DNA from: a virus
Lineage: Duplodnaviria > Caudoviricetes
DNA: 64,000 nucleotides
Virus record (IMG/VR): IMGVR_UViG_3300042875_000410
Reading direction: 5' to 3' (one strand)
The position numbers and the translations under genes are program-made. The notes under the pieces were generated by a model. It saw only the letters and a program-made list of their open reading frames with translations. It was not told the DNA's origin and ran no database searches. Of this stretch, positions 28,991 to 36,100 are shown piece by piece; position 1 is the stretch's first letter; the number at the start of each line of letters is the position of its first letter.

Positions 28991-29608
28991 ACTTTTTTCT
29001 GTGTATTCTGCCCTAGTCCAACCAAGAAGAAAGTTTGCTTTCCAATCATTTTGTGCAAAGCCAGTAAGGTTTTTCCATTGATCTCTGTGTGCTAGAACCT
29101 GTCGAGATGCATCACGCCAGTCAGTGTGTCGTACCTTAAAATCAAACATCTGCATAGATTTTAGGAATGTGTCGTAGTCGTAGTTGTCATACTCGACGTG
29201 CAGTACTTCATAGATATTACCAGCGTCATCTACTGCATCTAATGCAAAATCAAATCCCCATTTCTGTGGAGTTTTCAATAACCACTCTGCCTCGGGAATA
29301 TCCTTTTTTATTTTTCTTAGTTGATGTTCTGCGTAGTCCTCGTATCTGCAACGATGCAGGATCAATGAGTGATCTAGTATTAGACCTATATCGTTATATT
29401 CTAGAGCAAACCAAGGTTCTTGCCAGCAGCGATGATTAAGTATAGGATGGTCTATAGGATGGTGCATCATCCCGTAATATTTCTGTTCTGCTTGATTTAA
29501 TTCAAATCCGTCTTTGTCATAGAATTTAAAATCTTCTGCAACAACATTGTAGATGGGCTCACTACAGACAGGATTTGATACTACCGGTACATCAAATCTT
29601 TTAAACAT
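28979..29608 (-). CDS. Hypothetical protein
   Basis: Globular aromatic-rich ORF; no family recognised. Confidence 0.55.
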   Translation of the reverse strand: MFKRFDVPVVSNPVCSEPIYNVVAEDFKFYDKDGFELNQAEQKYYGMMHHPIDHPILNHRCWQEPWFALEYNDIGLILDHSLILHRCRYEDYAEHQLRKIKKDIPEAEWLLKTPQKWGFDFALDAVDDAGNIYEVLHVEYDNYDYDTFLKSMQMFDFKVRHTDWRDASRQVLAHRDQWKNLTGFAQNDWKANFLLGWTRAEYTEKSLTL

Positions 29609-29611
29609 GTT

Positions 29612-29821
29612 TTATTTTTTTGTGGGCTGCTTTGCATCGTAGTAGGCTGCTATAGCCATACGATCTTTCTTTTCTGGATCTTTGTTTTTAAATTGACGAT
29701 ATTGATTTGGGTCAGCAGTTTGAAAACGTTGTTTCCAATAGTCAATAGGCATATCGGGCCTTAGTTTAGGCTGTGGTCCGACTGGCTTAGTTTGTTGAGC
29801 AGGCTCCTCTGTCGGTGCCAC
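29612..29821 (-). CDS. Small basic module; may be translated as a -1 frameshift extension of the 897-aa protein
   Basis: GTG start with a poorly spaced SD; its frame stays open upstream across the A-AAA-AAG at 29839-29845. Confidence 0.5.
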   Translation of the reverse strand: MAPTEEPAQQTKPVGPQPKLRPDMPIDYWKQRFQTADPNQYRQFKNKDPEKKDRMAIAAYYDAKQPTKK

Positions 29822-29845
29822 CGGTTCCTGCTCAATTACTTTTTT
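29795..29845 (-). promoter_or_regulatory. Candidate programmed -1 frameshift signal
   Basis: TC-A-AAA-AAG-TAA followed by the perfect 9-bp inverted repeat TTGAGCAGG...CCTGCTCAA. Confidence 0.55.
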
Positions 29846-32529
29846 GATTTCTTCTTTTCAGGAAGACCTTTGTGCTTAGTTGATGCAAAGTCTTTGGCAT
29901 CTTTCTTGCCCATATCCTTGGCTACTTTGGCAACTTCTTTACTGGCAGGCTTTTCACCTTTTTGTGCAGCATGAACCATGCCCATAAACTTTTGTTGCTG
30001 CTTGCTTACTGCTTTTTCACTCAGGACCTGTTGCAATGAGTGGGCAAGACTTTCCATATATACATCAACTTCGGATACTGACTGTTCCATACTTCTCAAC
30101 TCACCAAGTGTGTCGGAAACAAAGTCTTCATCATAGCTGATCAAATATCTTGCCTCCTTTGGCGACATGTTTAATTCTTTGACCAGCACCATGCCTATTG
30201 CGTTGATCAATTCATTTTCTTGTGCAGGATCGTATTTGATTCCACGATCTGATAGAATTTTAGCAACTTGATAACTTGTGCGATCTTCCGGTGCTTCCGC
30301 TACACCTTGCTCACTCTCGCCTATTTCAAGTTCGCCGCGACTAGCCATTCGGTTTTGTAATTTATCCAGATTACCCGACTGCAACTGACTATCAAATTGT
30401 GGTAGCATTTGAGCAAGGGTATCAGGATCCATTTCAATATCAAATTGATTTGATAGTATCTGTTGCCAATTTAGTATTCTTCTTTTTTCTGGTGTTCCTA
30501 TAGGAGCCATGACTACTGCTTTTAGATATGCCATTGCTAAATGTGTTTTGTTTGCTCCAGAGCCTTCCGCCACACCTTGCTCAGGACTATGTCTCAGATT
30601 GGCTATGTAACCATTGGGACCAGTCCATTGATCTTTATAGTCTTGCCATTCGTTCTGACTCCATGCTATAGGGAACATTTGCCAGGCCCACATTCCATGG
30701 GTATTAAACTCGCTAGAAAATTCCTGTATGTCTGCCAGTGTAATACCCGAGGTCTTGGTCTGTTTAGCAACATCAATCAACCAGTGCGCCATGGTTTCGC
30801 CACCGTCTTCGAATTCGCTTAATTTTTTTAATTTATTAAATCTATCTGCACCTTGCTTGGCAAACTCACGGCAAAGATCTTCAAGCCATTTTATAAATTC
30901 CTGACCAAATTTGGCCAATGCAGTCTCGGGGTCGCTGCCTGTTCTTGCAGTGAGGGACTTATTCAAATTATCTACACCTTGCCTGGCACCAGCACCGCCT
31001 GTGATCTGTCCCATCATGCTGTCAAATCTCTCATCGCCTGTTGCCTCCGCCACACCTTGCTTTTTATTTCGCAACAGGCCCACCTGTTTTAGTTTTGGGT
31101 CCATGAAGTAATAAACATTCCCGTCAGCACCCACAGCATGACTTTTACTTGCAGTGTATCCAGTTCTTAATTCATCAGGAGTTGCAGGTCTTACTTGTTT
31201 CACTGATTCACGCAAATCGCCTTCTTCAGGGTCTTGGCCAGTTTTTACAAAATGTTCAAGTTCTTCAAGTGAATAACCAACTTGATCGGCTAGGTTTTGT
31301 TTGTCTTCTGGCGACATTCTGCGCCATCCACTTCTTATTGTTTGTAGTTGTAGGGACAACTCGTGGCGTCTGGTCATTTCGTTACCAGCATTAGTTACTG
31401 GACCGTTTAAAATGTTTCTGATTTCTGAAGTATAGTATGCGTCTGCTTTACCTGCCATTTGACTACCGTACTGTTGACCTAATGTTTTCCCACCAAACTT
31501 TTTGACTTGTTGTGCGCTTAATACTTTGGCAAGATGCGTAAAATCTTTTCCGTTTCTTATTGCGGCTACTAGTTTTTCTTCGGCCGCTTCAATCCATTCT
31601 TGGAATTCAGGATCTGCTTGAACGGCCAAGTTGTCTACTTCTTGATTATAGAAGTCAATTGATTGTTGGTGCCCATCTGTACCTGCGGCATTAGCTGGCA
31701 TGTTTACACTTGAGCTACCAAATGCCTCCGCCACACCTTGCTTTGGCAAATCACTTAATTGATCCGGAATATAGTCTTCATCGTAACTTAATAAGTAACG
31801 AATTTGTTTTGAACTCATTCCTGCTTTCTTCATGTATTGAGCCATCAATCCGATGAGTTCATCTTCTTTATCTGGGCTGTAGGTAATGCCGTCTTGAGCC
31901 ATTTGCTGTCCAATGGACAACTTAGTTTGATCCGCTGGGATACTCAAATACTGGTCGCCTGGCATACTGGCTCCACCTTCCTCTACACCTTGCTGCTCTG
32001 CTTTTGCTTTGGCCTCATCTCTAGTACGACTATAACCTTGGGCTATTGCTAGTTGTACTTGATTAGGGTAGACAGACGTTTTGAACATTTTACCATCTTT
32101 AACAACATACCAGTCTGTTGGATCTAAGTCGTGTCGTTCATCATCGCCGCGATTGAATGCACCACCTACTCCACGAAATGGCATGCCTGCTTCTGCTAAC
32201 TTTGATTTTAGTTGATCAATTTTTGTGCGTAGAGATTCCATATAGGGCTTTTTATGTTTTGCAGCGCCCTGCTTTTGTTCTTTTTTCTTATCCTTGTGTG
32301 CGCCTGCACCACTGGACTTGGCATTCTTAGCAACAAAATTACGGGGAGTAGTTGCAGGAACTTTGTCTTTACCTGCTTCTTGTGCCAAGATATTTCCGCG
32401 CTTTTGGACTTTGCCTAACGAGCTCGGTGCTGTAGCAACACTACCTGAACCGGTTGCACCTGCTGTCATTGACTCTAATGTATAGCGAGTTTCGTTATTG
32501 CTTTTTGATTTTTTAAATTCGTTGTTCAT
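29836..32529 (-). CDS. 897-aa modular protein (candidate head-packaged polyprotein), five QGV(A/E)E linkers, C-terminal DUF3008-like module
   Basis: QQGVEEG, KQGVAEA, KQGVAEA, EQGVAEG, EQGVAEA separate unrelated segments; C-terminal KAVSKQQQKF...DFASTKHKGLP resembles DUF3008. Confidence 0.6.
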   Translation of the reverse strand: MNNEFKKSKSNNETRYTLESMTAGATGSGSVATAPSSLGKVQKRGNILAQEAGKDKVPATTPRNFVAKNAKSSGAGAHKDKKKEQKQGAAKHKKPYMESLRTKIDQLKSKLAEAGMPFRGVGGAFNRGDDERHDLDPTDWYVVKDGKMFKTSVYPNQVQLAIAQGYSRTRDEAKAKAEQQGVEEGGASMPGDQYLSIPADQTKLSIGQQMAQDGITYSPDKEDELIGLMAQYMKKAGMSSKQIRYLLSYDEDYIPDQLSDLPKQGVAEAFGSSSVNMPANAAGTDGHQQSIDFYNQEVDNLAVQADPEFQEWIEAAEEKLVAAIRNGKDFTHLAKVLSAQQVKKFGGKTLGQQYGSQMAGKADAYYTSEIRNILNGPVTNAGNEMTRRHELSLQLQTIRSGWRRMSPEDKQNLADQVGYSLEELEHFVKTGQDPEEGDLRESVKQVRPATPDELRTGYTASKSHAVGADGNVYYFMDPKLKQVGLLRNKKQGVAEATGDERFDSMMGQITGGAGARQGVDNLNKSLTARTGSDPETALAKFGQEFIKWLEDLCREFAKQGADRFNKLKKLSEFEDGGETMAHWLIDVAKQTKTSGITLADIQEFSSEFNTHGMWAWQMFPIAWSQNEWQDYKDQWTGPNGYIANLRHSPEQGVAEGSGANKTHLAMAYLKAVVMAPIGTPEKRRILNWQQILSNQFDIEMDPDTLAQMLPQFDSQLQSGNLDKLQNRMASRGELEIGESEQGVAEAPEDRTSYQVAKILSDRGIKYDPAQENELINAIGMVLVKELNMSPKEARYLISYDEDFVSDTLGELRSMEQSVSEVDVYMESLAHSLQQVLSEKAVSKQQQKFMGMVHAAQKGEKPASKEVAKVAKDMGKKDAKDFASTKHKGLPEKKKSKK
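30293..31993 (-). repeat. Dispersed in-frame 18-22 nt direct repeat, consensus GCAAGGTGT(G/A)GCGGA(A/G)G on the coding strand
   Basis: Copies at about 30293, 30563, 31043, 31724 and 31976 (spacings 270, 480, 681, 252, all multiples of 3); 31042-31063 and 31723-31744 are identical over 22 nt; partial copies at 34558, 34381 and 33611. Confidence 0.85.
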
Positions 32530-32891
32530 TTCTTCATCCAGTTTGCTACAGGGCTTACGGTATATGTATTGTCCAGTTCGCGACTTTCCATATCACCTTT
32601 ATTTACATCTTTATAGTTTGCACCAACTACCTTGTATGCTTGTTTAAGCATTTCTTGTTCTTCTTTACTGTAAGGATGAGTAGTTTTAGTTTTACCCGCC
32701 CAACTCTTACCATTCATTTCGATGGGGTCTTTTCCGTTGGCTCCTGCTACTGCCATGCCTAATCTATAGGATGTATAAGTGCTGTCGGCTCTTTCACCGT
32801 CCTTGTAGGTATTTAAACCACGAGTAGCCTGTTGCTGTCTCTTGGTAATTTTACCTGTTTTCATCTCAGTGATTAGTTCATTGATGCGCAT
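32526..32891 (-). CDS. Basic protein starting MRINELITE (probable start 32891), candidate internal head protein
   Basis: TAAATA 5 nt upstream of this ATG; N-terminus resembles the T4 capsid-targeting peptide. Confidence 0.55.
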   Translation of the reverse strand: MRINELITEMKTGKITKRQQQATRGLNTYKDGERADSTYTSYRLGMAVAGANGKDPIEMNGKSWAGKTKTTHPYSKEEQEMLKQAYKVVGANYKDVNKGDMESRELDNTYTVSPVANWMKK

Positions 32892-32895
32892 AATG

Positions 32896-33171
32896 TTATT
32901 TATTTCTTCCGTACCATAGTTCAAACCATGCGGGAGAACCAGATTTAATTCCATGCTCTTTCATGTATTTAGCCTTATCTACAGCACCAGATTTAACGTA
33001 ATTGGATTCTCTTACGGATGCATTGTATTCGTGCAGTCGTTCTGTAGCATTTAGCCCGCCCATATAGCTAACAGTCTTTAAGGCGTGTATAGGATCTTCC
33101 GGTGCAAGATAGCAATCGTCCGGACTGTCCTTTACCATGTTTTCGTGAGTGATGTAATACTGCTTGATCAT
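32896..33171 (-). CDS. Hypothetical protein
   Basis: ATGA overlap with the 1606-aa gene; C-terminal GIKSGSPAWFELW. Confidence 0.55.
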   Translation of the reverse strand: MIKQYYITHENMVKDSPDDCYLAPEDPIHALKTVSYMGGLNATERLHEYNASVRESNYVKSGAVDKAKYMKEHGIKSGSPAWFELWYGRNK

Positions 33172-36100
33172 TTTCTAATAAGATTTTCGATCAGTGCGCC
33201 CATAATATTTTCAACATCTTCACCTACTGGCACACACTTGTCTTTACCGTTCTCAGTACCGTTGTAGCGATAATTTTTCCAACAGGCTTTACCATCAGCA
33301 CCTTTTTTCTTAGCTTCGTCAACGGCATTCATCTTGTTTAATAGTTCCTGTGCCTTTTCAACACTGATCATATAACGACCAGTTCTATTAGGATCAGCGG
33401 CTTTTTGCAACCACTCTTTATTAAATCCTGCAGATGCTGCTGGTTTAACATCGCTAGGAGCGACCTGTGTTACATTGGGTTTGCCTGTTAAACGATTGAT
33501 ATTAGGATCATCGCCAGGTGTAACTCGAGCATTTGCTCCAGCGGACCCTAGTGCCATTGCACCTGCAAGTCCTAATCCTGCTAGTTTAGATCCAAGTCCT
33601 TCATCGACCTCTTCCGACATACCTTGCTGAAAAGATTTGAATACCACACGAGCAATTTCTTCAACATTCTTTGGAGATAGTTTTTTACCTAGCTGTTCTT
33701 TTGCCTGTTGATAGATATCGTTGATGTTTGGGTTTTCAAAGTTATTTTCGGAATCCCAATATGTAAATGATACTTCTTCACCATTTACTGTGAGTGTGTA
33801 AATATTTTGATTAACATCAGTATCTAAGTCAACGAGCTCAACGCCTTGCGTCACAGGCTTTTGAACCTGTTCAGGACCCACTACTCCCAAATACTTAACA
33901 GCATAGTCCAGTGCTCGTTTAACACCAGCTGGTCCTGCCAATGAATCAAACGCAGGCTGGCCACGTTTGAAATTGACCTGATCGCCAACTTCATCCCAGT
34001 CTCCGTGTGCTGTAATGTCTATCAACTCACGAGCCGAACCCGGAAATTCTTCAAATCGAGTCTGGCCCATTCTGCCCCACAAGTTAGGTAGGGCGGTGTG
34101 ACGACCACGTGCATCTATGTATTCATTAGTCTCTTGATCACGCACATACGCATGTACTACTGAGTGTCGGCTGATATCGTTTGAGATTTCTTCTTGTTCT
34201 TCTGGACTTAGATCGTTCCACTCATCATCATCCATTTGCATGTCCGGTGCGCCAGCAGACATGTTGTATTCCCAGATATATCCTATTGGATACCTCTTTG
34301 GATTATGCTGATTTATAGCAACGGCCAGTACCATGCATTGTCCTTCCATGTAGTCGGCTTGCGCCTCTGCTCGGTCAGCGTCTTCCGCCACATTGTAATC
34401 AGGCATAGGTCTTTGACCAGGGCGACCTTTAACTCCACGCTTCTCTGTGCTTGGTGGTTTCGTTGGAGGAACAATGTCACCCTGATTTCTATATGGCTGC
34501 GGAGCCTTTTTAGGATTGCGGACATCGATAGGAGACTGTGCTACTACGATAGGAGCACCTTCCGCCACACCTTTAGTATCGTTAGCAAACTGTTTCTTAG
34601 TTGCCTTGACAATGCCACTGAAACGCTTGTCGGCTTTTTTAGTGTTGCCTGCCTTGTCAGCAGCACTGGCTTGTGCGCCGGCAGCCTTCTTATACTGTCC
34701 TAACTTTTCATTGGACAACTCTGCAACAATCTGCTTCAATCCTGCTAACGCACGACTTTCATTAACTTTAGGGTCCATGCCTAGTTCTTTCTGACTCTGC
34801 AAATAGTCCCAAACACTGACCAACATCATCTCGGCCTTGGCAATCTTTTCTTGTCCCCACTCTGGTAAGTTGTCGTTGTTCTTGATTGTTTTTAACAAGC
34901 CATCAACAGCACGAGCCATAGTGCGTAGATTGCTCTGCGCCATTCCTGCTTCGTCGTCGTATTCACTATTGAATTCTTCTTTCTTTAAATTGCCCCAATC
35001 GTCTTTCTCGCTAGAATACTTGCGGCTATTACGATCTGCTAATGCACCTTTCTCCATCTTGGCTCTGCGCTGTTCTCTATCACTGTCGAACTTAGCATAC
35101 TTCTGTGCTTCGCGTCCTTGTGGATTGATTAGGTCTCTAACCATTTGACTGGTCGGCGCATTTTCAAACATTGGCGTTTTCTGTGTTCTAATCAATGCGT
35201 TAAATAATCTTTGTTCTGCAACCGGTACTGGTTGTGGTGCTGCTGCGGGCTGTTGAACAATGCCCATACCTTTTCTTGAGATGTCCATAAGATGTAGTAT
35301 CCAATCTTTACCTAATTGTTGTGCGTTAAATCCCTGCGCCCATACTGCATACTGCTGTTCCGGAGTAGCATTGGGATTTTTTAGAACATCGCGTAGTTTA
35401 GTAAAACTTATAGGTCGTGTTCTTGGGATAGTTTCCAAACCGACCTTAACATGCTCGTAGCCCGGAAACTTATTAACAGCCTTCATTAGCGCACCTGCGA
35501 TAGGCATGTCTTTACGATCTTCACCTACCATGATAACAATGTTGTCATACTTGGGAGGCTTGCCCGGCTGCGGACTGATCAATTCGTGTTTGACCTTTTG
35601 CATTAAACTTCCACCTTGCATTACAGCACCGATATTGTCAGCATACTGCGGATATAGTTTATGCCATGTCTGTACCTTAACGTCTGTTGGGATAGGATCG
35701 TCTGCACCCACTGCATTGCCAATAAACAGGTAAGGATCACCGCCTAATTCGTTGGCCTTCTTAACAGTTTCGTTAAACAAGTCTTCGTGTCCTAGATGTC
35801 CTGCAAAACTACCAACTGCTACCACTGCGGTCTTTAGGGGACCTTGACGTTTTGCACCCGGTTGAGCCATTTTAGCAGCCATAGCCGACTTCATCTGCTG
35901 ACTAGTGACTTTAAATATTTGACCGTTAGGCATATTAACAACAACACCTTCCATGTTGTCGCCTAGCGCATCTTTGCCTGCTAATTTAGGATTATTAATA
36001 ATAGCATCGCTTAGTGCTTGTTTAGCTTGATCGAACGCAGGCTTATTAGCTTTGTCTTTAGGATCTAAGTTTAGAATAGGATTAATAATCTTGCTGACGT

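Noticed and set aside
29605-29622. Second slippery site A-AAA-AAA before the stop of the 69-aa ORF
   Set aside because: The -1 frame hits a stop within a few codons, and no downstream stem was found.
31030-31050. GGAGG inside the QGVAE repeat acting as an internal ribosome-binding site
   Set aside because: The only suitably spaced ATG is out of frame and closes after six codons; other copies have no suitably placed start.
30293-31993. QGVAE DNA repeats as a CRISPR array
   Set aside because: Spacers are 250-680 nt, irregular and in frame within one ORF; the repeat is not palindromic; no cas genes are present.
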